Shown here: positions 10,031 to 20,217 of the stretch, piece by piece
How positions within the stretch are numbered: position 1 is the stretch's first letter
How the letters are laid out: each line of letters starts with the position of its first letter
Assembly: GCA_903928495.1 (NCBI GenBank)
Contig: CAIYQZ010000059.1
Coordinates: 17,210 to 81,209 of the forward strand
Length of the DNA: 64,000 bases
Reading direction: 5' to 3'
DNA from: an uncultured bacterium
Lineage (GTDB): Bacteria > Pseudomonadota > Gammaproteobacteria > Burkholderiales > Burkholderiaceae_C
Translations under genes and position numbers: made by a program
The notes under the pieces: generated by a model
Databases searched by the model: none
What the model saw: the letters and a program-made list of their open reading frames with translations, nothing else
Told to the model about the DNA's origin: nothing

Positions 10031-12171
10031 CCCCGCAAGCGCAGCTTGTCTTCAGAAAACCCCAGCGTTTCGGCCACGGTGTGGATGCCCAGAATGAAGT
10101 TGTCGTCATTCACCCACGGCGCATACACCGTGATGGCGCGCACGGGTTCTGCTTTTTCTTGCAAGCGGCGCACCGTGTCAGTCAGTTCATTCAGTGGCAA
10201 TGTGTGGAGCACCAAAAGCACGTCAGACAAGCGGTAGAGCACATTTTCTTTAATCATTTCAATCTGCGTGGTCAGCGGCAACCCCTCGGCCAGCAGCAGG
10301 TTGTACAGCACACGCGGCAGGTGGGCGGGCTGGGGCGTGGCAATGGCGGTTTGCAGGGCCAGCACATCGGCTTGGGTGGCATCGGCCAGGGGCTTTTGCA
10401 AAATGAGCGCATCAGGATCGTCCACCAGTTCAAACACGCGAAACCCTGTGTCCAGTGCCGGGGTGTCATTGGGCAGCAGACTACCCGCAGCTTGTACTTT
10501 GGCTGCTTGGTCGGCTTGCAGTCTGGCCCCAGCGCGGCGCAGGCGCTCGGCGGTGATTTCAAAAATGGTGGCTTCTGGTTTCCCCAAGGTTTGGGTGACG
10601 AAGCTGTGTGCTTCTTTCTGCTTTTTGGGGTCGATGGGCTGCGGGATTTGCACCAGGATGAACCGGCGCGTGCCGCCGTCTTCAGCGTTGAGCCGCATCA
10701 CGGCCTCGCCTGTGGTGCCGCTGCCGGCGAAGAAATCCAACGCAATCGCGCTGCTGTCGCCAGGGCTGGCGTAGCTCAACAGCCGGGCCACTTCATCCAC
10801 ATCTTTGGGGTTGTTGAAAACTTTTTTCCCCAGCAATTCACGCAAGTGGCGCACCGACACTTGCGATTGTTTGTAGAAATAGCTACCGCGCACTTGGGTG
10901 GCCAACTCATCGTCAGCCTCGTCGTCGCTATCAGCATCTTCGGGCATGCCCTCCATTTCTTGCGGCAGGGGGCGAATGTGGGCTTTGCGAAAAGGCGGCT
11001 CGGTGTGGTCGGCGCGGAAAGCCACCAGACCCAATTCAATTTGCCGCTGCATTTCTTCAACGGATGCGTAAATCCAGCCACGTTCAGGAACAGCACACGG
11101 TTTCAAGGTATCGGGGTGCACCACGTCGTACCGGGGGCCGCCACCACCGGGCCATGAAATGTCACGGTCACGCCAAGGCCCGTTGCCATCCACGCGCTTG
11201 TAGCGGCTCCACTTTTTGGCTGGGTGGGCTTTGGGCAGGCTGGCAAACCACTGTTGGAGGTCGGCCTCAATAGCGGTGTCGTTGCTGCCGTGGCGCTGAC
11301 GCAGCGTCAGGTATTGCTCCCAAATGTCGCGCGCGCCGGGCTTTTCTTCACGCCACAGCGTGTTTTCTGCACGCAGGTGGCTTTGCGCTTTGGCATACAC
11401 CAGCATGTATTCATGCCCGTTGGAGAAAAACTTGGCGTCGTTTTTCCGGCCTTTTTCCCAAATGAGGTTGGAAATGAAGTTTTCTTCCCCAAACACCTCA
11501 TCACACAGCAGCTTCAATTGCGCCTGCTCGTTGTCGTCAATGGAAATGAAGATCACCCCATCGTCACGCATCAGGTCTTTGGCCAGCAGCAGGCGCGGGT
11601 ACATGAACGACAGCCAGCCGCTGTGCGTGCGGGCACCGTGGATGTTTTTGATGTATTCAATGTTGTCTGCGCTGTAACCCAGGTGCGCCAGAACCTCGCC
11701 CTGTTTGGCCGTGAAGTCGTCGCGGTACACAAACGCATCGCTTTGGGTGTTGTAGGGCGGGTCGATGTAAATGAGCTTGACCTGCCCAAAGTAACTGTGG
11801 CGCAGCAGGCGCAGGGCATCGAGGTTGTCGCCCTTGATGAGCAGGTTGCCTGTGCTGTCCCAGTTTGTGCTTTGCTCGGGCGCAGGCTGCACAATTTTTT
11901 GCACCGGCACAAAGGCGCTGTGGTAGGCCTCGCGCTTGCCCACCCAGCGCAGCTCAAAGCCGTCTTCTTCCACCTGCACGCCCGCCGGGTTGGCCGGGTC
12001 GAGGGCCAGTTGCAGCAAGCTGGCGTTGATGCGGATGTGCCCTTGCGCATCCGTCTCAACCGCCTGGGGGAACAGTTGGCGCAGGGCTTCCAGCTTGTGT
12101 GCTGCAGGGGAGGGCATGTCCAGCAACGCCTTGTTGGCATGGCCCGCAGGGGCATCGGTGTGCAAACTCAT
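10027..12171 (-). CDS. mod: Type III R-M DNA methyltransferase, Mod subunit (N6-adenine, beta class)
   Basis: 714 aa. Motif [11 protein letters not shown] precedes motif [12 protein letters not shown], with a variable middle region consistent with a target recognition domain. Confidence 0.9.
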   Translation of the reverse strand: MSLHTDAPAGHANKALLDMPSPAAHKLEALRQLFPQAVETDAQGHIRINASLLQLALDPANPAGVQVEEDGFELRWVGKREAYHSAFVPVQKIVQPAPEQSTNWDSTGNLLIKGDNLDALRLLRHSYFGQVKLIYIDPPYNTQSDAFVYRDDFTAKQGEVLAHLGYSADNIEYIKNIHGARTHSGWLSFMYPRLLLAKDLMRDDGVIFISIDDNEQAQLKLLCDEVFGEENFISNLIWEKGRKNDAKFFSNGHEYMLVYAKAQSHLRAENTLWREEKPGARDIWEQYLTLRQRHGSNDTAIEADLQQWFASLPKAHPAKKWSRYKRVDGNGPWRDRDISWPGGGGPRYDVVHPDTLKPCAVPERGWIYASVEEMQRQIELGLVAFRADHTEPPFRKAHIRPLPQEMEGMPEDADSDDEADDELATQVRGSYFYKQSQVSVRHLRELLGKKVFNNPKDVDEVARLLSYASPGDSSAIALDFFAGSGTTGEAVMRLNAEDGGTRRFILVQIPQPIDPKKQKEAHSFVTQTLGKPEATIFEITAERLRRAGARLQADQAAKVQAAGSLLPNDTPALDTGFRVFELVDDPDALILQKPLADATQADVLALQTAIATPQPAHLPRVLYNLLLAEGLPLTTQIEMIKENVLYRLSDVLLVLHTLPLNELTDTVRRLQEKAEPVRAITVYAPWVNDDNFILGIHTVAETLGFSEDKLRLRG

Positions 12172-12184
12172 ATCAATATCCTTG

Positions 12185-12225
12185 TAGCTGTAAACGCTTA
12201 TTCATCAAGCGACAGAGGCCGTTTT
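12185..12225 (+). repeat. 42-bp motif copy C (intergenic, right flank of the Type III R-M island)
   Basis: TAGCTGtaaacgcttattcATCAAGCGACAGAGGCcgTTTT. It lies 13 nt from the mod start codon, in the same orientation as copy B. Inner hairpin CGCTT/AAGCG. Confidence 0.75.
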
Positions 12226-12236
12226 GGCTTAAAAAA

Positions 12237-12821
12237 TCAAGGCAACGCAGCCAGCAAGCGCTCCACCGCACGGGGGTACATGAGGTGCTCCTGCGTCAGC
12301 ACCCTGGCGGCAAGGGTTTGTGCCGTGTCGCCGGGCAGCACGGGCACCACCGCTTGGTCCAGTATCTGGCCGTGGTCCAGCTCCGGGGTGACACGGTGCA
12401 CGGTGGCACCGGCAAACTTGCAACCCTCGTCAATGGCCCGCTGGTGCGTGTTCAACCCGGTGAAGGCGGGCAACAGGCTGGGGTGGATGTTGACCAGCCG
12501 CCCGTCGTAATGCGCCACAAACCCTGGTGTGAGGATGCGCATGAACCCAGCCAGCACCACCAGCGCGGGGTCAAAACCATCGATTTCAGCCATCAGCGCC
12601 GCGTCAAACGCCTCGCGACTGGCAAAGGCTTTGTGGTCGACCACAGCAGTGGGAAGGCCATGGCTGCGGGCAAAGGCCAGACCGGCGGCATCGGCCTTGT
12701 TGCTCAGCACTGCGGCCACGCGGGCACCCACGCGTTGTGCCCATTGGCGTTGCTCGGCGGCGCGCACAAGGGCTTGCATGTTGGAGCCGCCGCCAGAGAT
12801 CAAAATGACGATGTTTTTCAT
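12237..12821 (-). CDS. purN: phosphoribosylglycinamide formyltransferase
   Basis: [18 protein letters not shown]..., HPSLLP and ATVHRV motifs. 194 aa. Confidence 0.95.
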   Translation of the reverse strand: MKNIVILISGGGSNMQALVRAAEQRQWAQRVGARVAAVLSNKADAAGLAFARSHGLPTAVVDHKAFASREAFDAALMAEIDGFDPALVVLAGFMRILTPGFVAHYDGRLVNIHPSLLPAFTGLNTHQRAIDEGCKFAGATVHRVTPELDHGQILDQAVVPVLPGDTAQTLAARVLTQEHLMYPRAVERLLAALP

Positions 12822-12848
12822 GACCTGACCGAGTGTAATGACCCCCCT

Positions 12849-13532
12849 ATGAACGCCGCCTACTCCCCCGCCCTGCGCCCTTTGTCACCCGCCGAATCCC
12901 GCGTGCTGGGCACGCTGATGGAAAAAGCCCGCACCGTGCCCGACAGCTACCCCTTGTCGATGCAAGCCCTGCTGACCGGCTGCAACCAGAAAACCACCCG
13001 CGACCCAGTGATGAACCTGACCGAAGGCCAGGTGGCCGAGGCGTTGGATGAACTCAAAGCCCTGGCACTGGTGGTGGAGCAAAGCGGTGCCCGCGTGCCG
13101 CGCTACAGCCACAACTTTCAGCGCGTGGTGGGCGTGCCCGAGCAGGCCGCCGCCCTGCTGGGCCTCTTGATGCTGCGCGGCCCGCAAACCGCTGGCGAAC
13201 TGCGCATCAACAGCGAACGCTGGCACCGCTTTGCCGACATTTCGTCGGTGGATGCCTTTTTGGAAGAGCTGCAAGACCGCAGCACCGACAAAGGTGGCCC
13301 GCTGGTCGTCAAACTGCCCCGCGCGCCCGGCACCCGTGAACAGCGCTGGGCCCACCTGCTGTGCGGCGAGGTGGACCTGACGCAAACCCCCACCGGCCCG
13401 ACCAGCAGCGCGGCCACAGAGGACGAGGTGATCGCTCTCACCCGCCGCGTGGCCACGCTCGAAGAGCAAGTGGCCTCTCTGCAACGCACGCTTGCGCAGT
13501 TGTGCGAGCAACTGGGCGTCACCCCAAGCTGA
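12849..13532 (+). CDS. YceH-like DUF480 family protein
   Basis: [42 protein letters not shown] is the YceH/UPF0502 signature. ATG at 12849. Confidence 0.8.
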   Translation: MNAAYSPALRPLSPAESRVLGTLMEKARTVPDSYPLSMQALLTGCNQKTTRDPVMNLTEGQVAEALDELKALALVVEQSGARVPRYSHNFQRVVGVPEQAAALLGLLMLRGPQTAGELRINSERWHRFADISSVDAFLEELQDRSTDKGGPLVVKLPRAPGTREQRWAHLLCGEVDLTQTPTGPTSSAATEDEVIALTRRVATLEEQVASLQRTLAQLCEQLGVTPS

Positions 13533-13634
13533 AGCGGCGGCAAACACTGGGTGAAACCCTGATCTGTCCCACGCTGGACAAGCCAGAAAAGAACGGGCGT
13601 GCTAAAACCGGACACCGTTCACAGGAGACAGCGC

Positions 13635-14837
13635 ATGGATTTGGCTTTCACGCCCGAAGAGCAGCAGTTTCGCGAAGAGGTGCGCGCCTGGGTGGCCGCA
13701 CACCTGCCCGCCGACATTTCGCACAAAGTGCACAACGCCCTGCGCCTGACGCGGGACGACCACCAGCGGTGGGCCAAAATTCTGGGGGCCAAAGGCTGGC
13801 TGGGATTCGGCTGGCCCCAACAGTTCGGCGGCCCGGGCTGGACTGCGATTCAGAAACACCTGTTTGAAGAAGAGTGCGCACTGGCCGGTGCGCCTCGCAT
13901 CGTGCCGTTTGGGCCGGTGATGGTGGCCCCGGTCATCATGGCCTTCGGCAACGCCGAACAGCAACAGCGCTTTTTGCCGGGCATTGCCAGCGGCGAGGTA
14001 TGGTGGAGCCAAGGCTACAGCGAGCCCGGCTCGGGCTCTGATCTGGCCAGCGTCAAGTGCCGCGCCGAGCGGGTGGGCAACAAATACATCGTCAACGGCC
14101 AGAAAACCTGGACCACGCTGGGCCAGTACGGCGAGTGGATTTTTTGCCTGGTGCGCACCAGCACCGAAGGCAAGCCACAAACCGGCATCAGCTTTTTGCT
14201 GATCGACATGAAAACCCCCGGCGTGACGGTGCGCCCTATCAAGCTACTGGACGGCGAGTGCGAGGTGAACGAAGTCTGGTTCGACAACGTCGAAGTGCCT
14301 GCAGAAAACCTGGTGGGCGAAGAAAACAAGGGCTGGAACTACGCCAAGTACCTGCTGGCCCACGAGCGCACCAACATTGCCGATGTGAACCGCGCCAAGC
14401 GCGAGCTGGAGCGCCTCAAGCGCATTGCCAAGGCAGAAGGCGTGTGGGCCGACCAGCGCTTCCGCGACCAGATTGCCCTGCTGGAGGTGGACGTGGTGGC
14501 GCTGGAAATGATGGTGCTGCGCGTGCTGAGCGCCGAAAAAAGCGGCAAACAAAGCCTGGACATTGCGGGCCTGCTGAAAATTCGCGGCAGCGAGATCCAG
14601 CAGCGTTATGCCGAGCTGATGATGCTGGCCGCCGGCCCCTACAGCCTGCCCTTCGTGTTTGAAGCCATGGACGCAGGCTGGCAAGGTGATGCAGCGCTGG
14701 GTCTCTCCGAGTTCCCCGGTGACAACTTGGCCAATGCACCGCTGGCCAGCACCTACTTCAACATGCGCAAAACCACCATTTACGGCGGCAGCAACGAGGT
14801 GCAACGCAACATCGTTGCCCAAACCGTGCTCGGCTGA
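13635..14837 (+). CDS. acyl-CoA dehydrogenase
   Basis: MDLAFTPEEQQFREEVR..., WWSQGYSEPGSGSDLAS, and C-terminal TIYGGSNEVQRNIV. AGGAGA lies upstream of the ATG at 13635. Confidence 0.9.
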   Translation: MDLAFTPEEQQFREEVRAWVAAHLPADISHKVHNALRLTRDDHQRWAKILGAKGWLGFGWPQQFGGPGWTAIQKHLFEEECALAGAPRIVPFGPVMVAPVIMAFGNAEQQQRFLPGIASGEVWWSQGYSEPGSGSDLASVKCRAERVGNKYIVNGQKTWTTLGQYGEWIFCLVRTSTEGKPQTGISFLLIDMKTPGVTVRPIKLLDGECEVNEVWFDNVEVPAENLVGEENKGWNYAKYLLAHERTNIADVNRAKRELERLKRIAKAEGVWADQRFRDQIALLEVDVVALEMMVLRVLSAEKSGKQSLDIAGLLKIRGSEIQQRYAELMMLAAGPYSLPFVFEAMDAGWQGDAALGLSEFPGDNLANAPLASTYFNMRKTTIYGGSNEVQRNIVAQTVLG

Positions 14838-14851
14838 ACCAGGACAACCAC

Positions 14852-15979
14852 ATGGACTTCGATTTCTCCGACGACCAGGCGCAACTGGCCGATGCCGTGT
14901 CCCGCTGGGTGGACAAGGCCTACACCTTCGAGCGCCGCCGCGCCACCACCGCAGCGGGCGGTTTTGACCGCGCTGCCTACAACGAGCTGGCCGAACTGGG
15001 CCTGACCGGCCTGACCGTGCCTGAAGCACACGGCGGTTTGGGCATGGGGCCGGTCGACAGCATGGTGGTCATGCAGGCACTGGGCCAGGGTCTGGTACTC
15101 GAACCCCTGGCGCAAACCCTGGCCGCCAGCACCGTGCTGGCCCACACCGCTCCGGACGACGTGCAGGCGCAGTGGCTGCCGCGCATCGCCAGCGGCGAAG
15201 CGCTGGTGGTGCTGGCGCATCAGGAGCGCAAGGCCCGTTACCAATTGGGAATTTGTGAAGCAAAAGCGGCTCCAGCGCTTGATGGGTGGACAGTTTCAGC
15301 TATCAAACACATGGTTCCCGTGGGAGACCAGGCAGATGCCTGGCTGGTGCCCGCACGCATTGCAGACGCCTCAGGCGACCGCATGGCGTTGTTTCTGGTC
15401 GAGCGCACAGCCCCCGGTGTGATGGCCACAGGCCACGCCACGCAAGACGGTGGCCGTGCGGCCAATGTCACGCTCACCGATGCCCCGGCAACCCTCGTCA
15501 CCCGCAATGGCCTGGCCGCGCTGGAGCTGGCGGCTGATGTTTCCCTGGCAGCCCTGTGCGCGGAGGCCGTCGGCGTGATGGATAAAACCGTCGCGCTCAC
15601 CGTGGAGTACATGAACACCCGCAAACAGTTTGGTGTGGTCATTGCCAGCTTCCAGGCCCTGCGACACCGCGTGGCCGACATGAAGATGCAGTTGGAGCTT
15701 GCCCGCAGCATGAGCTACTACGCCACGCTCAAGATGGGTGCACCCGCCGCCGAGCGCAGCCTGGCGCTGTCACGCGCCAAGGTCCAACTGGGCCACAGCA
15801 TGCGTTTTGTGGGCCAACAGGCGGTGCAGTTGCATGGCGGCATGGGCGTGACCGATGAAATGCTGGTCAGCCACTGTTTCAAGCGCCTCACACAAATGGA
15901 AATGACCCTGGGTGACACACTGCACCACCTCGGTGTGGTGAGCGACAACATGCAGGAAACCGCAGGCGTCTTCGCCTGA
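14852..15979 (+). CDS. acyl-CoA dehydrogenase family protein (partner subunit type)
   Basis: MDFDFSDDQAQLADAV..., ACAD C-terminal helices (QLHGGMGVTDE). It is adjacent to and co-directional with the previous ACAD. Confidence 0.88.
   Translation: MDFDFSDDQAQLADAVSRWVDKAYTFERRRATTAAGGFDRAAYNELAELGLTGLTVPEAHGGLGMGPVDSMVVMQALGQGLVLEPLAQTLAASTVLAHTAPDDVQAQWLPRIASGEALVVLAHQERKARYQLGICEAKAAPALDGWTVSAIKHMVPVGDQADAWLVPARIADASGDRMALFLVERTAPGVMATGHATQDGGRAANVTLTDAPATLVTRNGLAALELAADVSLAALCAEAVGVMDKTVALTVEYMNTRKQFGVVIASFQALRHRVADMKMQLELARSMSYYATLKMGAPAAERSLALSRAKVQLGHSMRFVGQQAVQLHGGMGVTDEMLVSHCFKRLTQMEMTLGDTLHHLGVVSDNMQETAGVFA
15262..15304 (-). repeat. 42-bp motif copy I (inside the second ACAD CDS)
   Basis: The reverse strand reads GATAGCTGaaactgtccacccATCAAGCGCTGGAGCCgcTTTT. 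The gene strand encodes EAKAAPALDGWTVSAIK. Confidence 0.75.
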
Positions 15980-16006
15980 CGGGCCGCCCACCGGGCCGCT
16001 GTCTGG

Positions 16007-18190
<2,184 letters not shown>

Positions 18191-18293
18191 CGACAAGCAC
18201 TTTCAGAACAGATGTCGCGCGGTTCGCGCGGGTGCGCAATTTTGCATCACCCGCGTGATAAAACACACTGTTTCTGCGCGCAGGCCTAGACCA

Positions 18294-18851
18294 TCAAGCA
18301 TGCAAACGCGAGTGGCGTGGCAAGTGCGCCATCAAAAACTCCATCTGGTCAGCCAGGATGCGGCGGTTTCGCAGAATGAAGTCTTCCCACAGGCTGGGCA
18401 CATAGGGCGCGTAAAGCAGTGGCATGCCCGCCTGCTCGGGGGTGCGGTTGCCTTTGCGATGGTTGCATGAGCGGCAAGCCGTGACGACATTCATCCAGGC
18501 ATCGGGGCCACCTTTGCTGACGGGCCTGATGTGTTCGCGCGTGAGGTCGAGTTCCTGAAAGTGGTCTCCGCAGTAAGCGCACAGGTTTCGGTCGCGGGCA
18601 AACAGTTTGGGGTTGGTGATGCTGGGCGTGGCGCCAAAGGGATTGGCTCCGCCAAAACCCTGCGTGCCAATGATGGAGTTCACGGTGATGACTGATTGCA
18701 AACCTGTCAGCGCGTTGTGCCCACCGTGGAACACGGCCACCTCGCTGCCCATTTCCCAGCGCACCTGACCGGCGGCGTAATGCAGCACAGCCTCTTCCAG
18801 GCTGATCCAGGATTGCGGCAACCCCTGCCCCGAGAGCTTCAAGACTTTCAA
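18294..18851 (-). CDS. HNH endonuclease family protein
   Basis: CAYCG...EHIRPVSKGG...NVVTACRSCNHRKGNRTPE is an HNH/zinc-ribbon motif. The probable TTG start at 18851 follows GGAGG. The longer 261-aa ORF is probably an upstream extension. Confidence 0.7.
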   Translation of the reverse strand: MKVLKLSGQGLPQSWISLEEAVLHYAAGQVRWEMGSEVAVFHGGHNALTGLQSVITVNSIIGTQGFGGANPFGATPSITNPKLFARDRNLCAYCGDHFQELDLTREHIRPVSKGGPDAWMNVVTACRSCNHRKGNRTPEQAGMPLLYAPYVPSLWEDFILRNRRILADQMEFLMAHLPRHSRLHA

Positions 18852-18999
18852 AACCACCTCCAGCGAACGCGGCCATGAACACACACCCCAGCGCTGTCGC
18901 ACGACTGTTCCATCCGTCACCGTGGAACAATAGAGAAAGACAACGCGTTTCAATATAACGCGCCGCTGTGACAAACGCCGCCCCGCCAGCCCAATAGCC

Positions 19000-20088
19000 A
19001 TGAAGATATTCAGAGGTCTGCACCACATGCCCCGACGCCCGAACGGCGAAGCGGAGGGCTGCGCACTCACCATCGGCAACTTTGACGGCGTTCACCGGGG
19101 ACACCAGGCCATGTTGGCCCTGCTGAACAACGAAGCCCGGCACCGGGGTGTGCCCAGTTGCGTGATGACCTTCGAGCCCCACCCACGCGATTTTTTTGCC
19201 GCACAGCAACGCAAACCCGACTTCGCCCCTGCGCGCATCGCCACCTTGCGTGACAAGCTCACAGAGCTCGCCCGCTGCGGGGTGGACCGCTGCCTGGTGC
19301 TGCCCTTCAACGCACGTTTTGCCGCGCAAACCGCCGCTGACTTCATCACCGACACACTGGTGGATGCCTTGGGCGTGCGCTACGCGCTGGTGGGCGACGA
19401 CTTTTGTTTTGGCGCTGGCCGCAAAGGCGACTACGCCATGCTCGACGCCGCCGGTGCCCACCATGGATTCGACGTGGCGCGCATGCAGTCTTATGAGGTG
19501 CACAGCTTGCGCGTGTCCAGCTCGGCCGTGCGCCAGGCGCTGGGTGAGGGCCGCATGGCCGACGTGGCCGCGCTGCTGGGCAGGCCCTACAGCATCTCGG
19601 GCCATGTCGTGCACGGTCGCAAGCTGGGGCGCGAGCTGGGCGCAACAGCCCCCGGTGCAGGCGACGGCTTTCGCACCCTGAACCTGCGCTTTGCCCACTG
19701 GAAACCCGCTGCCAGCGGCATTTTTGCGGTGCAGGTGCATGGCCTGCACCCCAATCCGTCGGCGCCACCATTGGCCGGTGTGGCCAACCTGGGCGTGCGC
19801 CCTTCGCTCGACCCCAACGACATCAACGGCGGACGCGTGCTGTTGGAAACCCATTGCCTGGACTGGCCTGCCGAGGTGGCCGCCCACCTTGGGGCAGAGG
19901 GGGCCTACGGTAAAATCATCCGTGTGGACCTGCTGCACAAACTGCATGACGAGCTGAAATACGACAGTCTCAACGCCCTGACCCAGGGCATTGCCAAAGA
20001 CTGCGCCGATGCACGCACGTTTTTCGCCTCATATTCCAGTTCTTCCCACACCCAAACCCGTCGCCAGACCACGCGCGACCGAATTTGA
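19000..20088 (+). CDS. ribF: bifunctional riboflavin kinase/FAD synthetase
   Basis: LTIGNFDGVHRGHQAML and the C-terminal riboflavin kinase region (GFRTLNL, VRPS). It sits upstream of ileS-lspA, as is typical. Confidence 0.9.
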   Translation: MKIFRGLHHMPRRPNGEAEGCALTIGNFDGVHRGHQAMLALLNNEARHRGVPSCVMTFEPHPRDFFAAQQRKPDFAPARIATLRDKLTELARCGVDRCLVLPFNARFAAQTAADFITDTLVDALGVRYALVGDDFCFGAGRKGDYAMLDAAGAHHGFDVARMQSYEVHSLRVSSSAVRQALGEGRMADVAALLGRPYSISGHVVHGRKLGRELGATAPGAGDGFRTLNLRFAHWKPAASGIFAVQVHGLHPNPSAPPLAGVANLGVRPSLDPNDINGGRVLLETHCLDWPAEVAAHLGAEGAYGKIIRVDLLHKLHDELKYDSLNALTQGIAKDCADARTFFASYSSSSHTQTRRQTTRDRI

Positions 20089-20217
20089 CGCACACACCCG
20101 GCTGTGTGGCGTGGTCGCCGCGCAGCCACCCTCCGCTTCGCGGCACTGCTCTTTTGGGGCTGTGCGCACCCCGCCCGCCGGGCCCACCGCATTCACGCCC
20201 TCACACACGCTCGCCCA

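Noticed and set aside
18928-18975. ATAG...AACGCGTTtcaatatAACGCGCC element in the HNH-ribF intergenic region as a motif family member
   Set aside because: The architecture is similar (ATAG, spacer, short hairpin), but the AAGCGCTGGAGGC core and T-run are missing. The similarity is too weak to call.
18349-19947. 532-aa minus-strand ORF
   Set aside because: It overlaps ribF on the opposite strand and the HNH gene out of frame. The composition is arginine/glycine/histidine-rich with no motifs.
19960-20217. RibF C-terminal tail (…SYSSSSHTQTRRQTTRDRI) and the 129-nt ribF-ileS spacer as a possible leader or regulatory RNA
   Set aside because: I could not identify a convincing conserved structure or motif by eye. 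The tail may simply be lineage-specific.
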